A stretch of DNA of 64,000 bases from Ptychomitrium polyphyllum (lineage: Eukaryota). The stretch covers positions 11,842,001 through 11,906,000 of the forward strand of contig OZ316776.1 of assembly GCA_973851085.1 (NCBI GenBank). The letters are read 5' to 3'. Of this stretch, positions 1-12,250 are shown one piece after another. The notes under the pieces are model-generated. The model was given only the letters and a program-made list of their open reading frames with translations. It was not told the origin of the DNA and did not search any database. Made by a program: the position numbers and the translations under genes. Each line of letters opens with the position of its first letter. Within the stretch, counting starts at the first letter, position 1.

Positions 1-65
1 CAACCGCACCAACGCACGAACTCCAATCCTACGGCAGAACGAAACTCGTATCCCGGAATCCTTAC

Positions 66-520
66 CACTCCGCACTCCCGAATATCAAACTTCCAATTCT
101 CATGACCTACAAGAACATCATCCTCTCTGCAGCCACCGCCAAGGCATCCTCTACAGAAGAACAAAAAGCTCCTCACCACACTCTCTCTCTCTCTCTCTCT
201 TTTTCTCTTTCTCTCTGTGTGCTCTGTTTGCAACACAGCCTGGATGGCTTTCCTGAACCTTGGAAAGTAGAATGGAAAGCAAAGTGCGGCAGAGCGATGA
301 GAGAGATAGCAGTGCAGCAACCGCCTGGGGCGTGCGAAGGGGTCGGCGCCAGCAATATGGAATGAGCTCTGCGCACAAGTCACGGCAGCTTGTTTCCGCT
401 TCACGCGAGCAGTTTGCACACAACGCCTGCTCTCTTTTTCCAGCAATTGTCCATCTGTGACGGCAACCGAGCCTCCACGGTGGATCTCCGATCGCCGTCG
501 CTACACCCAAATCCGACATC
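66..520 (-). other. Probable 5' exon/leader of a minus-strand gene continuing off the left edge
   Basis: Strong minus-strand donor GTG|GTAAGG at 66/65; GA-repeat on the minus strand; GC-rich island 1-1070. No recognisable protein. Confidence 0.35.
180..216. repeat. (CT)n/(GA)n microsatellite
   Basis: ctctctctctctctctctct ttttctctttctctct read directly. Confidence 0.9.
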
Positions 521-1014
521 CTCTACCACTGGCTTACACTGCGCTTAATTAAATCTGAAAACAGTGTAGCTGGCGCTCAGGATGTGTATTCTGATATCCA
601 AAACCAAGGCTATCTAGTATTTTGAAGACTTTGTGGTGCCAACTGTACGAAAATTGTAGATGACGTCGGTTTAGGAATGCTGTAACGGTTTTGGGTAGGG
701 GTTCCTTCTCCCTTCCGTAAGCGGCGCAACACTGTCTAGGCGATTATTAGGTTGACGAGAATCGAGTGTGGTGGATGGTGTGTTGGTTTTTGAGGCGCAG
801 TGGCGGTTTTTGGGAGTGTATCTTGCTTGAGCAAGTCTACTGACTGTATGGCGTCGTCGTATAGTTGTTTTATCCGGTTTTATCTTGTAAGCCACCGTGG
901 CAGTTGTGATTGTACCGAGCTGGCAGAATCATGGCGTTCCTCTGGTTGGCAAGTAAATCCTTGCTGGGAGTCAGTGCTAACTGGTGAAGAGTATCAGCAG
1001 CTGAGTGAATTTGG

Positions 1015-1066
1015 CCGGTCAAAGTAAACTTCGTCGGTCAAAATGAACTTGGTCGGTCGGTCAAAT
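1015..1066. promoter_or_regulatory. Three short tandem units each containing GGTCAA (reverse W-box TTGACC)
   Basis: GGTCAA at 1017, 1036 and 1059 in ~19-23 bp imperfect repeats at the GC-island/AT-rich border. Confidence 0.35.
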
Positions 1067-3293
1067 CATGGAAATTCAAGGGGATTTTCGTCTTGCTGCT
1101 TTTCTGTTTTTAGGAATTTGAAATTGTTGGTGTAACTTTTGGAAAAAAGGAAAGGCGAAGCATAATCAAATGGATTTGAAGAGCTAAAAAAAAAATTATT
1201 TTTTTCACTTTTTATGTATTTCTAATATATATGAAAAAAAATGAATTTCAGAATGGTTTATGAAGGATTCGTTATAAAAATCACTTTAACAAAGAATATT
1301 TATAATTATAATTTAAATTATGGAAGCCATTTTAATTCTAAGTATGCTCACACCAATAAAAGTGTATTCACCTTTTATATTGACAATGATGTAAGTACAT
1401 AGTTTCAATTAATTTGTCTACAAACTTTGAACAACTTCTTGAGTTGAAAAATTTAGCATAAATGGTGTTTACTTATGTAGTACAGTTAATGTAAGGTTCT
1501 AATGGAAATAAATTAGCATGGAAATGAAGTTGAAAGGACATTGCAGATATTTTATGTAGTCAAGGAAATAAAAAGTCTAGAACATTTTTAACTTTTGATT
1601 AACCTTCTTGGATTTATTTTAGAATATTCATACACTTACATAGTTCCATTTCCATTTTGCTATCATTCCACATAGTCAACCCTAGTCCCCATATAATCAA
1701 ATCAAATTGTGTGCCTGGCTCATTAGAATGCACATTCTACAAACCATGCACTAGTTGTCATTTGGTCCCCAACTTATGCATAGTAAACATAACCATGCTT
1801 TTCATGTGAATCTCTACATACTCAAGTTCAAGCTACATCTTCCAATGATTATGAAGGATGTGTAGCTTTGAGTTAATTTCACTTTCACACAGTGGGCCCT
1901 TTGCTCAATTCAGTTGGACTTGTCTGGACAGAAAGCCCACCCCCATGTTGTGTTGATAGAAGAATGTGCAGCATAGTAAACACATACAGTATATACTACC
2001 TAGAGCATATAAAATCACAATGGTAGTACTGTACCCATATTCTTGCACAGGAGGACCAAAATGCAGAGAATGCCAGGGATTTCATAAATCCCAGTTACGA
2101 GTTACCTCATGCTAGTTTTCTAAAACCATCAGCTTCTCAAACATACAAAATTAAAAATTGGGCACTTCCAGTGGTATGCTGTAGTATAGGAATCATAACT
2201 TTTTGGAAACAGAACTATTGCCACCAATAAGGTTGGGCCACTACATTAACACCAATCCAGTGAGTCACTGCAATGCAGTGATAGGAATGGATATACTCCA
2301 GTTTTAGAAGAGGTTGGGGAAGCATGACAGTGGTTGGGAATCAAGAAGGCATGAGACCAATTGCAATTAAAGGGAAGTTCCTTTCTTGAAGGACACAACC
2401 AATGGGTACATGATCATGTGCGATGATTCCCAGTTGCAAGATCATGGCTATAATAGTCCAACTGCAGAATCTATGAAACAATGAAGCAACTAGGTTAACA
2501 AGGCTGTTGCTTTTCAAGCTATTATATTTTTAAGACAACTCAAGAAATGCTTAAAATAAACCTAAGACAATCCTCCTAAATCACCAGTGTGAAGATCAGT
2601 GAGGTGGAATGGATTGCACTTCCAAAATTATGAAATGAATGCCACTCAGTTACCGTGTGCATGTTCTGAATTGTGGTGAATCTGGTGGAACTGTAGAGAC
2701 AATTTCATCTCCTGTGTCCAACATTGTTGGAGCACTACAAATAGGACAAGCTTTATAATCTTGGCATAAATTTTGGACTTTTGGGGAGGAGGTCGTCAAC
2801 AATCTACAATTGTATTTTGACATGTTCAGCTTCCATCAAGTACTGCACTTCATTGGTGCATTTCACATTTGGGTTCGACCTTGTAATTTAGTGCTTTTAC
2901 TTTCTAAACTTACGATTTCACTTTTATTTTAAGCCTCTCATTTTACTTTACTTCAGCTTCAGTGGTTGTTAGTTCATGAAATAGCATATACATTTCTTTT
3001 GCTTTTTTCTTTCTCTTTTCCTATTAAGATGTATTAGTCCAATAAATGTATAGTTGTATTCATTAGTATTTGATAATATACTTGTATTCTATTTACAAAT
3101 ACATTATGGATTCATTAAACTACCATTTGAGTATTGTGTGTGTGGTTGATGCATGATGGAGGGTTGTCAGAGAAAAGATGATGAATTAAATAGTTAACGG
3201 TGTCATATAGTTGCCACGTACACAATATTCAATAGTGGAGTTAGTGATGCCAAGTATGATCTATTTGAAAGTAGTGGTGAAGCCTTTCACTTA

Positions 3294-3509
3294 CATCCAA
3301 ATCCACAAGAATATCCCAGCAGAATGAATCCAAATCACAAATCACCAAGCTATACAAATTCAAATCCAAATCCAGAAGGATGTTCTAAAAGTATGAATCC
3401 ACATCAAAATCCACATGGACTTCCCAGTAATATGAGTCCAGATTACCAATTACCAAGTTACATGAATTCACATCAAAATTCAGAAGGATATTCCAATACT
3501 ATGAATCCA
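3294..3509 (+). repeat. Tandem 108-nt (36-codon) internal duplication
   Basis: HPNPQEYPSRMNPNHKSPSYTNSNPNPEGCSKSMNP (3294-3401) versus HQNPHGLPSNMSPDYQLPSYMNSHQNSEGYSNTMNP (3402-3509). Confidence 0.75.
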
Positions 3510-4484
3510 TATCATCATCAGTTACCAGGTTATATGAATGACGGAGAAACACATCATGAAAATAGATGTGTGTATGAACAACCTTTTCAGCCTCAGCTTC
3601 AGCCTCAACCACCAGTTCAGTATGTTTACAATATGCAAATTTATCAACAACCAACACAAAGTGTGCTCAACAGAGGACAAATGCAATCTAATCTGTTATT
3701 GAATCAAAATGTATCTCAGAATCAAGTATTGTGTGAACAACTTCAACAAATTCATCAACAGACATCTCCACACCTGGTTTTGCATGGAGTTGCATGTTTT
3801 AATTCTAATTCAAATGTGATGGGTCATCAGTTTCAACAGCTCCCACAATTTCTTCCGCAACAAGTACCAACACATATTTCTCACCCTAGCTCAAATACAG
3901 GTGATGTGCAATCTATTGGTTTACAACAACCCTATTCAATGAGTGAAAAAATGAAGAAAGAAACACTTGAGGTTGAAGAAACAGTTTCACAATCGCTCAA
4001 AGAGAATGAATTAGAATCTTTGCCAGATTTTTTAACAGTCGAAGATGTGAAAAATGCTAAGGGTAAGTTATATGGCAATGCAAGTTGCTTGTCTTTACCC
4101 TCCAGTGGTGCAAATGTCTACACTGAAGAGAGTAGAGCTAAAGGAAAGCTTAGAAATGCTCATACACAAATTCATACACTGATGGCCAAGCAACATCCAT
4201 CATCTTCCAATGATGACAAACATAACCAACATCCATCAGCCTTTATCACTCAAGAAAAGACTCTTCAACAATCTATGAAGGGGGGTCCAAGAGGAAGGCC
4301 AAGAAATATCTATGAGCCTGATGATCTTCTTGGCATTGAAAAGAAATGTCCTCAACTTGAATGTGGATCAACAAATACCAAGTTCCAATACTTCAACAAT
4401 GTGAAAACTGCCGGCAAGGACCAACCACGCTATAAATGTTTACACTGCAGCAAAAAGTTCACCTATTACAAACCAAAAGATTAA
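3324..4484 (+). CDS. Q/N/P-rich protein with C-terminal AT-hook-like motif and divergent Dof-like C2C2 zinc finger
   Basis: 386-aa ORF. C-terminus CPQLECGSTNTKFQYFNN...QPRYKCLHC aligns by eye with the Dof consensus CPRCxSxNTKFCYYNN...QPRHFCKxC; PRGRPR at 4287-4304. Frame stays open upstream to 3198, so the true start is uncertain. Confidence 0.7.
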   Translation: MNPNHKSPSYTNSNPNPEGCSKSMNPHQNPHGLPSNMSPDYQLPSYMNSHQNSEGYSNTMNPYHHQLPGYMNDGETHHENRCVYEQPFQPQLQPQPPVQYVYNMQIYQQPTQSVLNRGQMQSNLLLNQNVSQNQVLCEQLQQIHQQTSPHLVLHGVACFNSNSNVMGHQFQQLPQFLPQQVPTHISHPSSNTGDVQSIGLQQPYSMSEKMKKETLEVEETVSQSLKENELESLPDFLTVEDVKNAKGKLYGNASCLSLPSSGANVYTEESRAKGKLRNAHTQIHTLMAKQHPSSSNDDKHNQHPSAFITQEKTLQQSMKGGPRGRPRNIYEPDDLLGIEKKCPQLECGSTNTKFQYFNNVKTAGKDQPRYKCLHCSKKFTYYKPKD

Positions 4485-7400
4485 CTTTTGAAACACAAAC
4501 CATGTTGTTTTTAGTCTTCATTCAGATTAAACAGTTGTAATGAAAAGTCATCAGTCAAATGTTGATGGAAGCAATGAAAAGACAAAAATAGCATCATATC
4601 ATAACACCAAACCATTTTTTGTTTTATTGTAAGCGAGTTAACTGAATTATCTATCGACGGTCACAACAACCTTTGTTAAATTATTCATCCTCTGCAATAA
4701 ACTTTTCTGCTAACCTGCAATATTAAAAACAATGTGGAATATATAAACTAACAATCTAAAAAATGATAGCTAATATTTGGTATCACATATAAAAACTAAC
4801 CAAGAGAAAACCAAAAACCATTTCAATAAAACAAACAGATAAGACAACCATGAAAAACACTTTAAAACATCAATAATCCTTGCTAAAGAGGAAACTAACT
4901 TCAATAGAAGTTGCATAACATTCATAGCACATAGTGAGGAGAGCCTTATGCTTTCAAATATTCTATTCAAATATTTTATAAATTGACTTTTATTATAAGG
5001 ATATTCTTTAAACTTATTTTGAAAGTTTATGTAATAATTTTCCGTGAACCATGTTTTCGTATTTAATAATGTCCTAATTGCACTTGTAATGTGATTTTTA
5101 AATAAATACTTGAAAGTTTTGACCTCACATAGGGTTTTAAGTGTTATGTGAGTTTCAACTTAGGTGTTATATTCTTCTTTTGCAATAAAAGTAAAGTTCT
5201 TATTTGTATTAAAAAATATAACATTTTTCAATGATTCCACTTAACACCGTCTTTCAAAGAAATAATTTCATCATTTAAAAGTAGAGCTCTATTGTTAAAA
5301 CTTTATTATTGAAAATTTGAAGGAGATTTTGCATTATGTCATCCAATGAAACTCAATCTTTCATCCAAATTTCTTTAAATCTTGTGCAAAGTAATTTGAA
5401 TAAGTTTTAAAACCTACTTACAAGAAAAAATAAGTTTTTAAATTAAAATTGTTAAAATATAAATAATAGAAAGTTTTATGATATTTACATACTAGCTAAT
5501 ACTACAAGCTTCATATTAAAATGCATGCTAGCAATAAAAATTTCAACCCTCTCAAAACATACATTTTTTAATGCAATTTGAATGGATATGACAAATTATT
5601 GCTTATTTATTAGTTTTAATTTGATTTATTAAAATAACAATTATGGCAATTTCAAAATTTGTGTTTATAAACCATAAGAGGATTATACTTTAACAATTGG
5701 ATAACTTATAAACAATCATGAGTCCTTCTCTATAACGTTGCACAATTTACATTGCAAGATTTGGAATGTAATTAATGTTAATAGGTTTTAGATCTATTCA
5801 ACTTGATATGGACTATAGACTATTTTTTTTTGCAATACTAAAAAATATTTGATAAAAAGAATTAATGCCAATTAATAAAGTAGAATTGGTCCAAACCATT
5901 CAATTAGCATGGAAAAATATGTCTTTGAAAATAATTGAAATTTTCATCCTTATGCTACCTTGTTGTATGAAAACCACAATTAATGTTTTTAATAATATTA
6001 GATGATAAGTAATTGAATAAAAATGCTACATATATATATATGTATATATATACACACACATGTATACATATTCATAATATAGATTCATACTTAAATTATT
6101 TTTATTTTTAAGATCTTTAAATATTGAAATATATATAAACTTGCATTTGATATGTTTTTAGTTAAATTTTAATACCATATTTATTTACAACCACACATAT
6201 TCCATTACCAAAATAATGATTTTTTTAAAGAAAACATACTTTTATTGAATACTTGATTTATTAGAAAACTAAAATATAACTGAGGTATGTTATAACCCAG
6301 TCGAAAATTTTACCATACAAGAATCATATAATCCTACAATCTTATAATGTAAAATCCTATATATTAATTTAGTAAATTAATTATATTTTATCTTATTAAT
6401 ATTTAGTGACACAAAATAATCAATGCTAATTGTTTGCAATTATTTATAAGCCACATTAGAATCTGATTATATAATTAATTAATTAAATTTAGATAAAATT
6501 TGAAGTAATTTGTTGTTTTACATTCAAATTACTTCATCCAATAACTTTATATTGCATAAAAATATGCAAATACTAGCATGGGTCTAAAAAATAAATGTTT
6601 TTCGTATTACAAAATTTAATCTTGAGCAAAACTATTGTAGGAACTGTTAAGTTTAATTTCCACTTGAATGCTTGTTTTTAAAGGTCTCAATAAATGGATG
6701 TGTAATTTCATGGTATACAATTTGAGAAAATATATCAAATTTTATAAAAATATTAAAAAATAACATTATTGAATATTCATGAATTTACACATGAAATTTC
6801 ACCTTGTGATAATTTAGTCAATCATATGAAAAAGAAAGAGGCCAATAAGGGTGAAGAACACATACCAATTGCAGAGGCCTTAATTGAAGGGACATAATGA
6901 TGACTTTGTAAATCCCATATTATATTAATTGTTTTTTTACTAGTCACTTAGTAGTAAATAGTAAGTAATCCTACAAAAAGAATTATTTGTCAAATATTGA
7001 GCATAATGTTGTGCTTGTAAGTATGCAACCAAATTTTTTTTGCAAATCAATTGATTGATTGTGGTGTCTAGTATGTAACTCCCAAGTTCTCACTTGGAAT
7101 GGATGTAGGGAGACATAGCGCACACTCATTAGAATTTGGATTTTAGGATGGATTTAAGATTGCAATGTGATGTGGGAATGGAGGTGGAGTGAGCAAGCTT
7201 CAATCTAGTTGCAAAAGAAGATGGAAGTGAGGCACATGGAATCCATCTATGGTGTAGGCGGGGGTGGGATGAACAAGACATGGGGCATGGCATGGCTTGT
7301 AATGGAATATGATAAATTACTTTGCCTAATTAATCAATTAATTATAACACTCTTACGCCATGCAACCAAAATTCCTTGACAAAAGTACTTTTATGACATT

Positions 7401-8017
7401 ATCATAAGTCAAAATGTGGAAATTAGCGATAGTGTTTCATTCCAAGAAAAGTTGTTTCCAATCTCAGAATATCTCACCAGATTAGAAAGGGCTGACATCA
7501 AATATTGGAAACAATCTGGAACGTTTTCCTTTTCAAGCATTTTCGTCATCACTTCTAAATCCCAACACTTTCTATTTTATGAGAGCCCTTCATACAACAA
7601 CACATATGCTTCAATCCAGTCTATTTATCATGATAGCTTAACTTTCAATAGAGACTAAAACCAATATTTGATATACCTACAAAAGACCCACAGTAATTTT
7701 CTTGTAAAACCAGTGAAAATCCATTATTGAATAAAATCCATAGCACCTAATTGATGTCACAATGTGGCGGAAAGGGTACTCAAAGAATTCCAATTACTGC
7801 ACTAAGTGAAAAGCAGTAAAATCATGCACCGCTTCTGATGCATCCTTTTGACAAGACTGAGAAGCTCCACTCTTGATCACATTGCAATTACAAAAATGAA
7901 ACACCAAGGCTTCTTCATGTATTTGCTTTTGAAATTAACAAATCCTGAAAGTGCACAGAAGTCTTATACACCAACAGAGGTCTTCAATCCAGTTGAACAA
8001 ATGCCGTTCAATAGTGA

Positions 8018-8148
8018 GTTTCAGAACCCGTAGGGCTTAATGTTGGAAAACCAACAGCGAATGTGTCACACTCCCCAGCGATTGGAAGGCCACCATTGGA
8101 TGCATCTAACGTTGGATTTCCAACATTAAGCCCGTGGGGCTCTGAAAC
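8018..8148. repeat. Inverted repeat/hairpin, 38-bp arms and 55-nt loop (MITE or MIRNA-like)
   Basis: Arm 8018-8055 gtttcagaacccgtagggcttaatgttggaaaaccaac matches the reverse complement of 8111-8148 at 33 of 38 positions. Confidence 0.85.
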
Positions 8149-8288
8149 CCAAACCCACTAATCTTGACACAATTTCCAACGCCGAAAACCTACCTCTAGC
8201 GTGCTGTAAAACGTAATAATGTGCACCATTGCTAACAAGGTGAAATCTATTTTAGAAAGGTTGCCTAAAAATTGAGAACTCAATACAG

Positions 8289-10391
8289 TTATCTCTTGAC
8301 AAGCTTTCCTTGTTGCTTCAATCGCGTCACTTCCTCTTTGCTAGCCTGGACAGTGTGCCAGTTTAGTGTGGGAGAGAGAAGGCCAGCGGCAAGACCTGGG
8401 TGACCAGCAGCGACAAGCATACCAAGAATGGGACTCAAAGTTTTCTCGTTAAGAAGACCACCGAATGTAAGAAGGGACCAAAGACCGTCATGTAAGGGGG
8501 TCAATTGGGTCATAAGGCGAACACCGAGGCTTGGATGCTTGAGGAAGAACCGCACACCATTCCGCCCTCTTTGTCTTTCCTGCTCAAGACAACAGTGCCA
8601 ATGACCAAGACAAATCATTCATAGGTGCATTACAGAGTTGGTTAAACCTTGCAAACAAAAATGGTCAAGGCACTCAGAAGCTGAGAAGCCTAAGTACCTG
8701 GTCAATCATCTTCGGGATCTGATTCATTGCGAATGCTGGATGCCAGTGATAGCCCACGGCCAAAGGAACATGCTTAATTCTCGCTCCCACCTGTTTCAAC
8801 CTCACTGCATACAGATTTCAGACTATAGATAAAGAGCTTAAGACTTACACCAGATTGTAATGCATTTCTTGAAAGGTTTGCTTCCGTACAACCCTAGCCA
8901 CTGAAAAGTATCAAACACAGAAACATCCTACACAAATGTATATATATTTCCATATACCATATCATTCATTTCACTATATGATTGCAGTTGAACGGTTCTT
9001 ACCCCCGAGCTCAAGGTCTTCCCATCCGTATTCACTAAAATCTGCATCGAATGGACCATCATACCCGGATTTCAGCAGGTTTCCAGCTTTCAGAAGGAGT
9101 CTCCTTGATAATGCAACATTTCCAGTTGCAAAAAATGCAGCCGAGTTGTCCTGCAAGGGTGAAGAAAAATCAAAGCGTGAGCCCTAGCTGAGAGACATTC
9201 AAATGAGCCTTGCTCAGTATCAAGGCACTAAACGACACGCTAGGAATGACCAACACCTAATTTATTGCGACTCAACTGTAAATGAAGCATTTAAGTTCTT
9301 CCTCAATACAGAACTCGAAAATCAAGCCAACCGTAAACTGACTACATAACTAGAATTAACTCAGCAAGTTTACTTTTAAGATGAACTGACCGTTAGTTTG
9401 AATTTTTCGGACTTGGGGTTCTCGAAATTCGAAGTGTTTACAACACGGCCGTATGTGAAAGTGTAGTCATCCCTATGCTCAGCTTGAGCCTCAGAAAGAG
9501 CAGCACCATGTTCTCGCAGAAAGTCTTTGGTAACGACAAGGTCGGAGTCTATGAATACAACAACAGCTCCTCTTGCTTGCCGGAATCCCAAGTTCCTCGC
9601 CTTGGTTGCTCCTGAACAAATTTCGGAAGAGCACCTCTTCAAAATGATTGGCCAAGCTACATCAAGATGAAAATTCAATATAATCAGCTACTAACAATAA
9701 TATGATACAAAGCGGGACTCAGCCTATGGTACAGTAAAACCATCTGGTGATTTCTTCCACACAAGCAAGAGGATTGTCGGCACATTTCAGAGATTATACC
9801 TCCATGCTGTTGTCGAATGACTTTCACATGCGGAAACACTTGACTCGATTCTACTGATGTATGTATAGACCTTGACATCGGCAACTTTTCACTGCTCAGA
9901 ACCGAATGGTGCGACTGAGTGCCAGGTTGAAGAAATCGTAAAGTTCCATCTGTAGAGCCGTCGTCTACAACCACGACCTCATATCCTCGGATTCCACTAC
10001 GCTCATAACCCTCTTGCTCTTCAAGCGCTTCAAGACACTTTGTGAGAATTGGAAGACGGTTGTACGTAGGAATTATTACACTCCATAATCCTTCCTCTTC
10101 GTTGCCAGCACTAGTTGTCGCCGCAGACTCCACTCCGTCCGTGCTATACAGGGCTGGCTCCAACAAATTCTCGCCAGCAGTATCTTTGCTCAATAAAGCA
10201 TTGCAGAGCAAAGCTGTACAGAAGGCGTGAGAGCCTCCTGCTATCTTAGGCCTCGAAGAAACTACACGTGAAAGCACTGAGACAACTGCTACTGAAGCCC
10301 GGTCTAAAGCGTCCAGAGTCCTTGACTGGGGTTTACAGGAAACTGAGAACGAGAGAAAACCATCAAACCTTGAAAGTATATACGACGCCAT
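8289..10391 (-). CDS. Family 2 glycosyltransferase, cyanobacterial type, probable organelle transit peptide (~452 aa)
   Basis: Exons 10391-9800, 9611-9391, 9150-9003, 8804-8698, 8579-8289, all GT-AG and phase-consistent. GT-A motifs SVIIPTYN, VVVDDGSTDGT, ARNLG, FIDSD (DxD), YGWEDLELG, VGYHWHP. Ser/Arg/Ala-rich N-terminal extension of about 100 aa. Confidence 0.9.
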
Positions 10392-10806
10392 TTTGAAATC
10401 TCAAACACAATGCAGCTACGAGATCATGATATTCCTGGAGCATTGCCTAGCTATTTCACAACCGAAACCTCTACGAGCGCCTGCCCTGGGGTAGGTCATA
10501 ACGCTACCCCGTAATATGACCCACAACAAACAAATATCTAAACACAACAACCGGAAATCCCATCATCTGTTCGTTAAACTCATGCTACTCGCGTCTCAAC
10601 GCACCATGGTTTCGAATCCGACACAACAACCTGGACTATCCGTCAGTGACAGCCTGGTTCCTCTTCCGCTGGTTCCACCTAACACTTGAACAGCAGTACC
10701 AACAGAAGATTGTCCGCAACGCAATGCAATGCTTTCCCAAGCTCCAACTCCGGGCTAAACCCTAAGCCTTCGACCCTAAGGCACATCAAGTTTGCAGTTT
10801 TCAGAA

Positions 10807-10886
10807 TAGCCACTCTTGTAGCCACTCTTGTAGCCGCTCTCTTGTAACCACTCTCTTGTAGCCACTCTCTTGTAGCCACTCTTTTG
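10807..10886. repeat. Tandem array of 12-14 bp units (A/G)CCACTC(TC)TTGTA, ~6 copies
   Basis: agccactcttgtagccactcttgtagccgctctcttgtaaccactctcttgtagccactctcttgtagccactc. Confidence 0.9.
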
Positions 10887-11139
10887 TGTGAGTGGCCTTG
10901 GCAGTATCCAATTCTATGGCCTGAGTCTCGCACATCCTTCGGTTCAGTGCAATTGCATTCAGGTTCAGGTTGGAGTCCAAACAATCCAAGGAGATGGGTT
11001 CCAGGGGTGGGAAGGCTAGCCAAGGAATTTTTTTGGTTACAGAAGGCAAAGTTGAATGCCAAAAGAGAGGCTCTCGAGGACATGGCAATCGAGAACTCTT
11101 TCTTAATGGAGAAGAAAGGAAAAAGTGTTCATTTTCTGT

Positions 11140-12250
11140 AAGGATTGAGGGATTTTTATTTTGTGGCCTTAGTAACCACACCTATGTAGTTTTGTAACCA
11201 CCAAATGAACATATGTCAAGGAATTAACAATGATTTGGATCTATAAGAAAGAAAAGCATGGCTATAAGTTAGATTGCCAAATTCATTCCTATTGGAAGAT
11301 TTGAGGTCCAAACTGGAGTTGAAGCTGCAATAAGTAGCAAGATCTATGATTTTGTTAAAGGATTGAATAAAAAGATGACCACATGGAAAAGTTCCTATGT
11401 GATAACATCAATATGCTAAAATTACAATTATTGTTGCTAAAATTATAGGATTGCTAGAGTTTGATATTATAATTTTGTTTGAAATTGATGTTGTAACAGA
11501 TAGAGATAAGACAAGGTTTTTGTTGGAAACCACAAAAGCAATTTAGGCGGAAGAGAATGAATTTATAAGAGTTACTTGAAGATACCATCTTATAATCATA
11601 TTATTGCATGAATTGCACAACATTGCCAAAAAGATGCTAAGTGTGATGGTGGAAAGTATAAATTTGGATTAGTTGCTATTCTACATATTGGTATTAACAT
11701 CAATACCTATTACTTTGTGGACAACAATCTAGCGGTTAAACAAGTGACCACTAAATATATTTAAAAACTAAGCAAGTGTTAAAAATGTTGTATATGGATG
11801 CAAAAGCCTTATATACAACATTAGTGGCATATATTTCTTTCAATGGTATTCAATTTGAAGTATATAAATCAATAGACTTGGTCATTACAAGATGGATGTC
11901 AAGAATTATCTAGATAAGATAATCAAAATAGATTATAAAATAAACAAAATGAGGTATTCCAAAAAAAAATTGAATATTATATTTTCTACTAATTTTGCAT
12001 TTGAATGAACCAAGGAACATTATTAAAAATATACGTGTGATCTTTAATTTATAACAGTGAATTTGAAAAGCTTCAAAAAATCTAAATTTTTTTTAGTCCT
12101 TTAATATTTATGGATGCAGCCAAGATAGGATTCCAAATACATTGTGTATGTGTGTACAAGGCCAATTTGGTTTCTACCTCCATACCATAATCCATTGATA
12201 ACCAATTGGAGCAACCTTGAGATTTGTTGATTGAAGATTTTAAACCAACA
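11140..12250 (+). mobile_element. Possible highly decayed hAT-like transposase remnant
   Basis: Stop-interrupted fragments in hAT-like order: FIPIGRFE (~11283), FVGNHKSNLGG (~11519), LLHELHNIAKK (~11601), ITRWMS (~11884). Weak similarity judged by eye only. Confidence 0.25.

Noticed and set aside
7074..7350. Possible LTR fragment starting TGTAACTCCC
   Set aside because: No second copy, convincing end or TSD visible in the window
10679..11197. Four overlapping ORFs of 75-134 aa
   Set aside because: Partly generated by the tandem array; no splice structure or domain support
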